DNA of 64,000 nucleotides from Azolla caroliniana. Its lineage: Eukaryota > Plantae > Polypodiophyta. Below the pieces are notes generated by a model that was not told where the DNA came from, made no database searches, and worked only from the letters and a program-made list of their open reading frames with translations. Of the stretch, positions 13,109 to 25,334 are shown piece by piece (within the stretch, counting starts at the first letter, position 1; each line of letters begins with the position of its first letter). Made by a program: the position numbers and the translations under genes. The stretch covers positions 17,670,001-17,734,000 of the forward strand of contig JBHGNT010000006.1 of the NCBI GenBank assembly GCA_043228905.1. Direction: 5' to 3'.

Positions 13109-15892
13109 TTACGGAGAATCACTACTATAACTAATATACAATGACGATTCCTCCTCGTCATCCTCGAATGTACCAATTAGTGCATTATATTCGTCATAAA
13201 CCAAATGGTTTGACTCTAGACTATATGTAACAGATCTCATTTGGCTTTGAGTCGAGCCACCTTGTAGACCTGGTAATTTTTCTTTTATTATATCTATTGT
13301 TGACTTCCTTAATCGTCCGGCTTTTGTAAGTGTGAAGTCGTACACGATGATATCCACATCAGAGATATCAAGGGTCGAGGTGTTACGAATGTTTCGCTTC
13401 CTCTTCCTACCTCCCCTTCTTGTTGGGCATTCAATCATCACCAATGTATACTTACCTGTAAAAGCATTTGCATTTCTAGTGTTGTACCAATGAACGTTTA
13501 TAGACTTGATCGTGTTTTCTATTTCATGCATTAGCACTTCTAGAATTTTACCCACCCAAAATTGGTGGCCATGTGAGTTCTCATCAGCCGGCGTTGAAAT
13601 CAACATCCCCGCCGTGAGCTCTTGCAAATTGCCTTGCCATCTAGCTTTGGCTACTTTGGTCATCCTTGATACCACATAAATGTCTTTTTGTTGTGGATGG
13701 ACCATATGGTCATTAATCGCATTTGGTGGTTGCTCCGGAGTTCTATTTACACGATCATGTTGGAGTGACCATGTGAATGGCGTTTCCAAATTCCAATTAT
13801 CACCAAATACACAATTTTCTATAATTCCTTTCGGATCACTATAAAATACATCCCACCATGACGTGTCTTGTTGTGCGGCATATTTCTTGGCGGCCTCAAT
13901 ATGCTTCCTTTTTTCTTCTAAGGCTTGGAGCCATGACCGTTTCTATTCCGATACCAAGACACTCTACAACTGCCCTTTCTTCTCAATTGGCATTTGCTTC
14001 GCTCCATGGACAATTGTACTCGGCATACAAAGTAATAATTGGCAACCACCTTCAGGTTCCCATGATGTAGAAGATGAATATTGTATAGGATACAAAAGTG
14101 TAGAACCACTTATTTCATTTTTCTTTATCAGAAAAATGTGATTGAAACTTATATTATTTAACTAGGCAAGCACTTTAACATTCCCACCACCCCCATCTGA
14201 TATATATCTCTTAAAGTCATATACCTCCTTCAAGTGTATCACTTTTGGGCCTGGTGTATATGCATCACAAAGGACATCAAATAGTTTAGGTAAAGTGAAA
14301 GCATCATGCCGAGACAACTGTCTGGAGAATGTGCTAAACATCTTATCTATGTAGTCATGTGTGTGGCCAACCAAAAGAAAATTGACTTTCACTTTCCTAA
14401 ACAGTCCTTGGTTGACCAACATACTTAGATAGCCAAACACAGTTGAATTTTTGTTCTCTCCAGCAGTATTGTCCAATTGAATGTCTAGAACAGAAGGGAA
14501 AGGTTGGCCCCAAGACATCACAACTCGGTGAATCACTGTAACTGTTAGGTTAGGGTCATTGTGAACATTGGGGTATGTAATGAAGACGTGAGGTCCAACA
14601 GACCTATTATAAGCCAAGCATCCCACTAAGTGCATTTGAACAAGGCACTCATCATTGACATCTTTGGGGAGCCTCCGCATATGCCGCAAGTACGTCTTCT
14701 TCTGGTACATGCCATCTATCATTAAGCACATGTATTCTTTGGGCCTCTTCAAACACTTCTCTCTATGATGCATCGCTTTCTTTCGTTCGAATGATTGTGC
14801 CTCACGATGCTCTTGTAGTAACTTCTTATTCATATCCTTTTCCATTGATGTCTTTGCACCTTTAGCCAAACTTTTAAGATTTGCACAAATGGAGCAATAC
14901 CCCATGCGTACTTTACGTGGAATGATAACATTTGAAAACAAGATCTCCATAATCTTGTGAATTGGCTATATGTGACAGACTTATTACGTGAGCCCACCAT
15001 ATTAGATCGATAGACATCATAAACTTCCCGACATGTATAATTATTAGAAAGGTGCATCCTACTTGTAGTGGGCATTACTTCACAATTTAACTGAAAGTAA
15101 CTTTTCATCCAACCAATAGCATGTCTTCCAATTGCACCTTTCATACTTGGAACCTCTTTACAATTGAGCATCTGATCCCCGCTAAGTAGATGTTGTTGTA
15201 CTCTATGTAGCCGCATGTTACTAACACATAACGCAATTTTGAATGCAACTCTACATATCTATTGCGCATGGAAGATATAATACTCGAATGATACTTTGAT
15301 TCCCGTACATTTGTCAGATACTAGTTGCATATGTGACCCGAGGTAAGTGTCTTGCTCATCACTAGTCATCGAAAAATAATATCGTCTTAATTCTCGCAAC
15401 TTTGATTTTCCAATCATAGATATACAACCACGGGCACAACATATTTTTTTGACATCAAATCCAATCTGTTTATCTGATGTCACCAAGCTAAATCTAGCCA
15501 GATGAATTCTTCGTGGGATTCTTCTAATATGCATAGGGCTTCTAGATTTCTCTTCCTGCATAGAGGTTGGTGTAACCTTGTTACAATCTAATTCTTTGTT
15601 GTGACCATCGCCAATGTTATTCAATGTTTCATTGGCACTACCTTTATTATCCGTATCTTTATTAATATCATATTCTTCAATAGAGAACTCTTCACATGTG
15701 TCATTATTTACATTCCTTGTAGGTGAAGATGAGATTAGACAATATTCTTCGATAGAATATGGTGTCTGTCGGCAGACAATATTCTTCAATAGAATATGGT
15801 GAGTCTGTCGACAAACAATACTCTTCGGTAGCAAACGATGAGTCTGATGACAAACAATATTCTTCAATCGAGAACGGTGAATCTTCACTCAT
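13109..15892 (-). pseudogene. Sola1-like (DUF7869-type) DDD transposase, ~920 codons, disrupted
   Basis: CSICANLK, LMIDGM, IQLDNTAGENKN, FLLVGHTHDYID, CCARGC. ORF pieces 15892-15259, 15216-14830, 14950-14162 and 13789-13109. Confidence 0.75.
15735..15890 (-). repeat. 33-bp coding tandem repeat (SIEEYCLSxDSP, ~5 copies) at the transposase N-terminus
   Basis: Repeated GACAAACAATATTCTTCAATAG; a short deletion in one unit shifts the frame. Confidence 0.85.
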
Positions 15893-16584
15893 GGCTTAAG
15901 GTCTAGATAAGGCTCTTTAAGTTATGTGCTTAGACTAAGGCAAAAAACTAATAAGCTCCTCTCTAAACATAAACTCATCTCTAAACAAAATCTCCCTCAA
16001 TATAATGTCTATATTATTTAATATTATATTAATACAATACATAAAAAATATTATTTTTAATATAGTAATTGTATTTAAAATATCAATAATTATTTAAACT
16101 AGGTCTATATGAAGTTAAATCAATTATAATATAATTCCAATCATTACCAAGCCATAGATATGTTGGAATAAAGTTAAAATCATTGGCTAATTAATGGCAC
16201 CCATATTTGATATAGAACTTCTCAGTCATTGGTTCATTAGTGTTCACCATTTTAAATATTAGACTTATCAATCATTGGTTCATTCATGCCCACATCTTTA
16301 ATACACAACAATTAAGAGTCATAAAAATGTTGCTTTCAGTAATCAATCATTAGTTCATTCATGAACCTCTATCATTGTGTCCTTCATGACCTTTAAAGTC
16401 ATTGCAAGTTATTATGACTATAAAAGATTCATCAATATGTTAGTTTGACTTTGTAATCATTAATGCAATCAAAATGTCCACAGTGTCACTTTGAAGATCA
16501 ACCGTGTCTTCAAAGAGAATCGAGCACCAGGACTCCAAGTAGGCCTTTGACACTATGGACATTTTTGTAAATATGTTTCGTTAC

Positions 16585-17015
16585 TCAAGAACTCAGGACG
16601 CCGTATCGAGTTTCTATTTGAAGTTTAGGTTTTATACAGGATGTATCGAGTTCCTATTTAAAGTTTAGGTTTTAAAGAGGAACTCGATACGCCGTATCGA
16701 GTTCTTGTTTAAAGTTCAGGTTTTAAACAGGAACTCGATACGCCGTATCGAGTTCCTCTTTTTTCTTTGCTTTTTAAACAGGAACTCGATACGGCGTATT
16801 GAGTTCCTGTTTAAAGTTTAGGTTTTAAACAGGAACTCGGTACACTGTATCGAGTTCCTCTGTTTCCTTTACTTTTTAAACAGGAACTCGATACGCCGGA
16901 TCGAGTTCCTGTACAATATTTGTGTTTAAAACAGGAACTGGATACGGCATATCGAGTTCCTGAATTATGTTTGCGTTTTAAATAGTAACTCGATACGACG
17001 TATCGAGTTCCTGTA
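16585..17015. repeat. Array of hairpin repeats with exact 51-bp period
   Basis: GGAACTCGATAC-GCC-GTATCGAGTTCC (with variants) at 16679, 16730, 16781, 16832, 16883, 16934, 16985, plus two partial units upstream. Confidence 0.95.
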
Positions 17016-17546
17016 TAAAAGAAGACCCTGAAAGAGGAATATTGTGTTTTTAGGGCAACAATTTAGTATTGTGAGAAAAGATATCAAACTGTTTGTCAAA
17101 ATTAGTCTTTTTTATGTCAACTTGCCTTACTTTTTTAAAAAAAGGGGCCTTAATTATGGCGGTTTTATGACCTACTATAGCTTAAAATAGTAGAAAATAA
17201 CCCACAAATTACCCTTACGATACCAATCTCAAGTCTATGATATACAAATTATCTACAATATGGTTATGGAATCAATATAAGCCATACCTGCCCTTGAAGA
17301 CAATATATAACCTTCTATACTTATTACGATATCTATTTTCGAAGTTGAATAGCCCTTACTAGAATAGATTCCTAAATATAGGACTACCATGTACACTGAA
17401 TGCATGATTGATATTTATAGTTCACCACAAATCGCCTGCTACTTTATTTCTTCATCTACTTATTTGTATTTTAATATACAACCTTAATCTACGTGACCAC
17501 CTAACTATGTTTCGCATGTCCTTTCTTAAATAGGTCATTTGCGAAC

Positions 17547-18306
17547 TTGTCAGACCCACCTGTGAAGAAGATAAAGCTCCGGATACAAGGCTCTCCAATT
17601 GAAACACAAACCCTAGTAGCTCCCGAGTCCATGAAGAGAGGAAAAAAGCTTCTCTTCAACAAGGAGTCAAAATCTCAACCACACATTGAGGTTAGCCAAA
17701 AGAAACTTGTAACAGCTACTGGAGGTGAAGACCTTCCTGACTGTGATCTAACGGACAAGGAATGGTGTATGCAATACGTCGACTCAAAGAAAAAAGTCGT
17801 ATTGTATACAGCAAAGAAGAAGGGGGAGGGGCAGCTTGGAAAGGAAACCCCATTTATGTATGGCCGTATTCTACGATTTGACTACAAAGATGCAGATTCA
17901 GCCAACATACTTGTAATGATAGAGTGCTCCAAGGGGGTACGTAAAGTGTTCCTTTCAGAAGATCTTTTAGTAAAGGAATCTTGTGGTCCAGAAGCGTTCA
18001 AAAAAGATCTTGAAAGCTCACAAAACCTTATTGTTACCTTAAAGCCATGAAATATTGGAAACAACATATAAATCTGAGGTTCACAACAATAGTGTTTTTG
18101 AACACTTTATGCAACATTTCTTCGAATCCCAAAACCTTGATTCCACCCCACTGAGCCCAACTACTGATAATGTCCAAACTGATCCCACTGTACTGGAAAT
18201 GCTAATGCAAGACGCGGTTAACCTACAAGCCGCTGCTGAGGTGATGGAAAGGTTGTCTGAGGAGGACACACGAGCGCAATGGGTCAAAGAAGGGGCACCC
18301 GGTTAG
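17547..18306 (+). pseudogene. Unknown cargo protein (Lys-rich N-terminus, beta-rich middle), frameshifted near 18050
   Basis: ORFs of 167 and 83 aa with coding-like composition, preceded by an acceptor-like TTTCTTAAATAG|G at ~17533. No family recognised. Confidence 0.45.
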
Positions 18307-18722
18307 AAAAAGGCTAAAGAAGGGGCCACGATCGGGGACAAGACCAGTTACTTGTTAGCGATTGTTAGCGATTGTCCTAGGGTTTTATGAAGTTTTACTA
18401 TGATCTATTTGGACAAGCAAAACATCAGATTGGTTGTTGCTTGATACACATTATGTAATGGAACTCTATGATGTTTCTCCAAGATAATTATGTTCATGTT
18501 TCTATGATGGAAAATATTCCATGTTCATTATGTTCTTTTGTGAGATTGTTAGTTACTTTGTGAGTGTGAATATGTTGGTGTTTTCTGATGTTGCAGAGTC
18601 TATTCTCTTAAGGCCGATGGCAACGTGGAAATTGTTGATGTTGTTGCGTGTTTAGAGGGCCACAAATGACACAAATGATCTGGTCACGCAAGTAGATCAA
18701 GCATGTTGCATAGATGATCTGA

Positions 18723-19232
18723 TTTTGCAAAACACAAATGAGTGTGCGATATATGACACCAAGGAGGGATGCAAATCAATTTCTGGAGTGGGTTGTGCAA
18801 TATTTTGATTTGTTTATTTGGAGTGAAAAACCACGTACAGATGTGTGGAAGTGTGTAGAAATATTCTTCCCGAAGTGGCGACAACATTTCAAGGGTTAGT
18901 GGACACGAGAGAATTGTGAGCGGAATGATGTTGCAAGATTCAAAAGACTTTCTGATTTTTGGGACATTTGGCCAGATTATAATGCTGACAATACGTTGAT
19001 TCTGGATACAGAACATTTCCGACATTACTTCAATATTCGCAAATGCTGTCTCATTCTACTTGATGAAATGCCTGAACACTATTTGGTGAAAACATTGAGC
19101 TGCCAACTAGTTACATGGTTGTGGACTCCATACTATGCTCGGTATGCAAATCATATATGTAGAGAAGTTCCACTAACCAGCAGCTTAGCTGTTTATAGAC
19201 GATTTCAAGACATTGGCAATGGGATGTTATAA
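18723..19232 (+). pseudogene. FCP1/NIF (HAD-superfamily CTD phosphatase)-like domain
   Basis: Frame reads PRRDANQFLEWVVQYFDLFIWS...*WTRENC...FKRLSDFWDIWPDYNADNTLILDT, with one internal TAG. The DxDxT motif was not found. Confidence 0.65.
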
Positions 19233-19580
19233 ATATGTAATTTGCTACCACTTAATCAATGAAGAATTAAATTGCTTGTTTTGAGTAACTATTGCTAATT
19301 GCTGATTTCATGATAGTGCTTATTCTTAAAATTATGCAAACTATTTGAACCTGTACATGGTTCACTTGAGTAAATCTATATCTCAGAAAGAAGAACCCTA
19401 AATGACATTATTAAACTCTATATCAGAAAGAAGACTGTATATAAAAATGACACACGATTTTGTTGAGAAAGAAGCACAAAAAGTAGACTGTATATAAAAA
19501 AAAAACTCCCAAACAGGTCCATTAAACTGTTTATTTGCAATATATTTGCTTTGTTTGTTTTACAAGAAAACTGGTAATTA

Positions 19581-21405
19581 CCGTTGTAAATACTTTCATA
19601 CACATTAACACTAACTATGTATAAACTTGAGCAACTATTGTATTGCGACATTGGGACATTGATGCACCTGAGCAAATCAGAGTACATGTACGCCACTGGT
19701 TTGTCTTCTAATAGCCTTTACACATAATCGTAATCGTCTAGTCTTGCATAAAAAATACCTTTGATGTAGAATGTCCTGGTAGATACAACATTTCCCCAAG
19801 CATCTAATATATTCTACGTTGCACACTGTTTACTAACCGTGCACTTCAATCTATGGAAATCAGCACCCTCTGAATTGCCTTCTTCTGCATTTACAGCAAA
19901 ATTATCCCCAACATTTAAGACATCACTCAGAGTATCTCCGCGTCCTTGATATGTGAAGTCGGCATTCTTTTCTGTTTCCCCATCAATTGCTTCCTTATCG
20001 TTCAATGTATGATACTCCCAATTCTGAATATATGCTTTGTTTAAACAATACCTCCAATTTCCCTGCACACAATGGAAGCAAAAACAAGTTAATTCTGTAA
20101 CCGCAATACAATGACCATCTAACCTAGAATAACCGCGAGAAGCATGGAGAGATCGCAATTCGGGAATTCCTTGGCACTCCCAGGTCTTCTCCCTATTTAG
20201 TTCATCTATCTTCACTTCCCAAAATTCACGTTTGATATCTCGGACCTGCAAGGAATAAACACCAGTTGCACTCGTTGACATATTAGCTCTTAAAAATTCA
20301 ACTACATGTGATGCACAATTCATCTGCACACCATCTGCCTTTAGTTGTTCATGGGTAACTGCCCGCTTTATAACAACACTTGCACCATCATGTTCACCTT
20401 TACCATGGCTAGACCCAAAAAAATTCCATCTCATCTCCAAACCTGTTATAGCAGGATACCTCCCCACAAAATAAAATGGACGTCTAGCCTTGAATTGTGA
20501 CGCAGCTCCATTAGACCAGACCCAATGTTGAGTAAGCTCCAAACGTTTAGCTAATAACCATTGGCAATGTAAGTTAAAACAATGTTGGACGAACAAGGTG
20601 CCATGCTTCTTATCATCAGAAATAAAAAAATGAATTACTTTTTTAACATCACCTGAAACTCGAAAATATGTTATGTGCACAAAAATGGTTACCTGCGTCG
20701 AACACCAATGCATAGATTGAATTTCATTCTACTGCTTGAAAGTATAATTCTCTGCGCAATCTACTACTGAGACTACTACGTCATTTGGAAAATCAGATAT
20801 GCAAGTCTTAAACTGATGATCTTGCCATGAATAAATGAAATTGTGTTTAATGAACTTTCCTAGAGATACTACAAATAGAGACGCCAAATCCCTTGGTTTA
20901 AGCGACTTCCTAACTAGATCCTTTCTTTTACACACCTTTCCTTCGAAATTGGTGTGACCAACTGACTCAAATAACTTGACAGAGATTAGTATTTCACTAC
21001 TCAATTCATTTGGACACCACCTAAATCTACGAGGGCCACAATCTTGACATAAACCCATGACACATTTATGACTGTGGAAGATGGCCTCAGCTTTTGTCGG
21101 ACACAATACTGAATCTAAAAGACACTCATGGAAGAGATAACATGCTCAAATGATTTATAGTGCTCATGCAGGCTCGATCGACAAATTGGGCACACACAAG
21201 TGCAAACTGCATTTGTTAGGGAGGCACTATGGTGACGTAGTAGATTAACAGAGTCCTTGAGAAAACCCATTTGTACATGGTAAATGCAACAACATGTGTA
21301 TCGATCCTTCAAGCGTCTCCCAAAGTGTGGCTTGAGAGACTCGAATGTTTGTAGTTGAACTTTGATATTTGGATGCATTCGCCTTAACCTAATAAATAAA
21401 TCGAC
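19581..21405 (-). pseudogene. Sola2-like transposase copy 2 (exon 2 only; exon 1 lost)
   Basis: Homologous to 429-2270; WSNGAASQFK, FFGSSHGKGEHDG; same splice acceptor at 21406. Confidence 0.85.
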
Positions 21406-21429
21406 CTGTGTAATAAAATGGACATACTG

Positions 21430-21928
21430 ATTAGCTCTATGGCTAAGTAGTAGCTAATTAGCTACTACCATAGTTTAGTGCAATAGCTAAGTAGCTAAGT
21501 GGTAGGTAATTAGGTATTATCAAACCTTAGTTGAGTAGCTAATTAGCTACTATCAAACTTAAGTTGACTAGCTAATTAGCTAAGTGGTAGCTAATTAGAT
21601 ACTACCATAGTTTAATACATTAGCTAAGTGGTAGCTAATTAGCTACTACCATACTTTAGTTGAGTAGATAATTAGCTACTACCATACTTTAGTACAGTAG
21701 CTAATTAGCTACAATCAAACTTTAGTTGAGTAGCTAATTAGCTACTACCATAGTTTAGTACAGTAGCTAATTAGCTAAGTAGGGTTTAGGGTTAGCTAAG
21801 TGGTAGCTAATTAGCTACTACCATAGTTTAGTACAGTAGCTAATTAGCTACCACTTAGCTAATTAGCTACTATCAAACTTTAGTTGACTAGCTAATTAGC
21901 TAAGTGATAGCTAATTAGCTACTACCAT
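21430..21928. repeat. TAGCTAATTAGCTA minisatellite in the copy-2 intron, with different linkers
   Basis: Same core palindrome; linkers such as CTACCATAGTTTAGTACAG and AGTGG. Confidence 0.95.
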
Positions 21929-21929
21929 A

Positions 21930-23925
21930 TCAGATCACGCTCCACCCGAATCAGAGCGCCGCGGGGTTCGGTCCCTGGTTGGGTTGTTTCTTGGTCTCTT
22001 TGTCAACCTTCTCGCGGGCCATTTCCCATCCATCTTCACTAGCTTCGTGCCAGGACTCCTTGATATTGTCATCTGTCTCCTCGGTCTCACATGGGCGTAA
22101 GGGCCCGAATGCCGAGTTCTCCGGAATCGGTCCCGAGGGCTCTTGTTCGTTCCTTCCCCGTATCGTCTCGCCGGTGATTTTCGGTCTCACGCCACCATTC
22201 CTCCTCTTGGAACTCACGTGGGCACTCGGGCCCGACTGCATCATCTCGGGAGCAAGTGTGGGAAGACACAAAGAATCGCCCGTCCGTTTTTCGCCCTTGT
22301 TCGTAGCCACCGGCTCCTCGTGGTCTGTGGTCGTCTTCTTACCGATCGCGCAAGCCCCGCCTGGGCTTGCTTCTCCAATGTTTGAAGTTTCGGGCTGACG
22401 TGCCCGAAACCGTCGGTCCCAACGTTCCGATTCTGCGATCGGTACCTCAGCCTTGTCCTCAACCGTTCTATCTCTGCAAGCCGAGAGGGCGTTTTGTTCC
22501 GCACCCTCTCCCATGGTACCGTCGTACTGATCCTTTGCCATCTCGTGGGGCAAGTTTGTCTCCTCGGCGTCGGCTCGTAGCCTCAATCTTTCCTATTCCT
22601 CGAGCATTGCCTCAAGAACTACGTACGCCTCCGCAATCTTGGCCTCGAAGCCGAGCCTTGCTGACTCTCTTTGTCGTTCGACCTCTTCCCGCTGTGATGG
22701 CACGCCGTCACGCGCCTTCCTCTTAGGCTTCTCGGCTCGCTCGTCATCTAGCTATTGGCATACCCTTCCGACCTTCGACCAGTCCTCCGTAAGGCAATTC
22801 GCTTCGTCATCGTCTTCGAGCTCAATCCCGATGGCCTCTCGTTCCGCTCGGTCGATCGACCAAATGAACAACAAGACTTTGTCCGCCCCCACCAAACCTT
22901 GTTCCTGCTCCGGGAGCCGAGCAAGCCGTCGATCGAACTCTCGGAACGCCTTTGTTGCGCCCCGGTAGGTCTTCGCCGATGCTACCCACTAGTCGAAGCC
23001 ACGTCGTCCCCGGCTCTTCCGTTGTCCTCCATATGCCTACAAGAGCGCCTCTTCGAAGGCCTCCCATGAACTATGAGCTTCTTGGAGTTCCTTCACTTCC
23101 GCGTGCATACGGACGACGACGACCCGTCAGAAGAACTCCAGCCTCAACGCCTCGTCTATGCCTCGCTCCTCCATTTCCGCTGTCGTGCCTTTCGGCTCCG
23201 GATCGTTGCGTGAGTCGGGTGGGAACCGCCGAGGTTTTGGACTAGGAGGAAGAAAAATACAAATAAGGCTAGTAAAGAATAGGTATAAAGAGTTATAAGA
23301 TAAGAATCTTGTGAATCCCACGAGTTTAGTATATTTAGTCAATATTTAGGTAGTAAGAGAGAATTATTTTAGCAAATTCGTGAATCCCACGAATATTTTA
23401 GATTATGGTTTTCACGTAGTGTGTGGAATACACTACGACACCACGTTGTAGGCTTCCAAGTAGTATGGGACCTTGTCCCCATTGAAACGGCCAACTCTTT
23501 CGACCACGCATTCGACAGCTTGCTGCGTCATCTCTCTTCTTGCCGTTGCTCATCCAAACTCCCTCACCGCTTCGACAAAAAGTTGTGTGAAGTCGTTCTC
23601 TTCCAACTCCATTCTCCCTTGCCGCCCTTTCACGTCAGGTTCACCAAATATGTCGCATTGTTACGCGCGTGCGTGTAGAAGGGGCGGGACCACGGGGGTC
23701 TTGAACGAGAGAGAGACGGAGTATGGAAGGTCGAGCATCACTTCTTCCCGCAACCGGCCGAGACACCAACCAAAGCGATTCCGGATACAAACAAGGAGCA
23801 ACCGTATGAGAGAGGGGAAAGGGCATGCACGCAACACTTACAAGGCACACACATCCTATGTACAAAAACTAGAAAGAAGGAACTCCAAAGTCGCCAACAA
23901 AGACCCAGATGCACAAAACTTGACC

Positions 23926-23967
<42 letters not shown>

Positions 23968-24454
23968 ATGTACAAGAGCAAGATACAACTCCCGCTCCGA
24001 GCCGGACTGAGGTAGGCTAGGTCGCAACAGCACTCCGCCGCCAAGCCGCCGTCAGGGAGCTCTCGGGCTCGTCGCGCCGAGCGGGGTCTTACACAGGAGG
24101 CCGAGCAGAAGTAAGCCCCCACAGAACATCCAAGCTCTTCACTCGGTTAAAACCCTAAACAGACACAAAGAAGAAGACCTCAAAGAACTCTAAAGTAAGA
24201 AGAAGAAGAACTAACACACCTTCGACCTAAGTGGTATACCCTCCTAACTCAAAATGGGCAACCCCCCTACAAGGGACCATCCCTTCCTTTTATAGAACAA
24301 GGAGAGGGATGCGTTACAATGTGGGATAAATCCCGATTTACATGGGATTCTTTGTCCCGACTTGACTCCCACTCGACGCCATAAAGGCACCCCTATTATT
24401 CACACGTTTATACAAGGGTGAGTGCACATGATGCACTCCGCCGATTCTCCCGAT
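21930..24454 (-). mobile_element. Truncated gag-only LTR element related to 35669-39154
   Basis: PBS TGGTGAACCTGACGTGAA at 23629-23646; LTR ~24454-23651; AEMEERGIDEALRLEFF matches AEMDSRGVDEAMRLEYF; acidic ORF 21951-22586. The 3' end is missing. Confidence 0.8.
23181..23440. mobile_element. 260-bp solo LTR inserted in the gag-like ORF
   Basis: TGTCGT...ACGACA ends; flanks CCGC/CCAC (4 bp, one mismatch). Removing it restores YLEAYN-x-EMEERG. Confidence 0.75.
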
Positions 24455-24457
24455 ATT

Positions 24458-24870
24458 CACAAATCGAAAAGTGGCAGCAATCCCAGACCGGTCACCGAAT
24501 AGTAGCAACAACTGAGTGTAGAATGATGGCAATGGAGGAGTGAACTCCGTCAGATCGAGCAGTGGTAGATGATGCTTGGAACGCATAGTGATGGCAATTG
24601 AGAGTAGAATGGCGACAGTGGAGGAGTTAACTCCGTCGTATCGAAAAGTGGCAGCAATATACGATCTTCACAATAGCAGCAACTGAGTGTACAATGGCGG
24701 CAATGGAAGAGTGAACTTGGCAGATGATGCTTGGACTGAACAATGGCGACAACTGAGTGTAGAATCGCGGAAATGGAGGAGTGAACTCTGTCGGATCGAA
24801 CAGTGCCAGATGATACTTGGACCACTCAGTGTCGGTAACTGAGTGTAGAATGGCGGCAATGGAGGAGTGG
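24458..24870. repeat. Degenerate ~80-bp array homologous to 4100-4745
   Basis: Recurrent CAACTGAGTGTAGAATG...GGAGGAGTGAACTCCGTC and GATGATGCTTGGA. Confidence 0.85.
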
Positions 24871-25334
24871 ACTCAATAGGGTTTAGCAATAGTGGTAGTA
24901 ATCTAAGCCAGAATACTCAACCAAAGATGGCCCACGTGATGTGGCAAAGGATCATGCATAATGGACCTAGGAATTCGGTATATAATTTAGGGTGCACATA
25001 TCAATTTATGTTGCACGCTTCTGTTGCACATTTATGGTGCTCATTTATATAGTTAAAACTCTCTACTCTTTTCAATGGTAGCTTTTTGCATAGCTAATTT
25101 ATTAATAGTAGCTTTTTGCAAAACTGACTATTTATCAATGGTAGCTTTTTGCATAGCTAATTAATTATGTCAAGGATATAGCTAATTGTTTCCACTCGCA
25201 TGCTTTCACCCTTTCACATTACCAAAACTATTTGATGTCATTTGTGATGCATATACACCATGCCCAAAAGTGTTACACTTGAAGGAGGTATATGACTTTA
25301 AGAGATATATATATCAGATGGGGGTGTTGGGAAT

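Larger units (their letters stand above)
12741..25211. mobile_element. Putative composite DNA transposon from end A to end B, with two transposases and cargo genes
   Basis: End A (AACACGTTCGCGTTCACAAGTGGAAGG) recurs at 44468(-) and 61793; end B recurs at 5109. No internal copy of either end was seen between the two transposase genes. Confidence 0.5.

Noticed and set aside
16585-17015. CRISPR-like look of palindromic repeats with variable spacers
   Set aside because: Spacers are short, T-rich and related to each other; no cas genes; eukaryotic transposon context.
17547-19232. Endogenous giant-virus segment as the source of the phosphatase and methyltransferase
   Set aside because: No viral hallmark genes (capsid, PolB, packaging ATPase) in the window; the genes sit next to transposases and show spliceosomal intron signals.
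21780-21795. Plant telomere-like TAGGGTTTAGGGTTAG
   Set aside because: Only about two units within a minisatellite; too short to call a telomeric insertion.
23926-23967. (TA)n(TG)n microsatellite and several (GA)n tracts
   Set aside because: Ordinary simple repeats inside LTRs.
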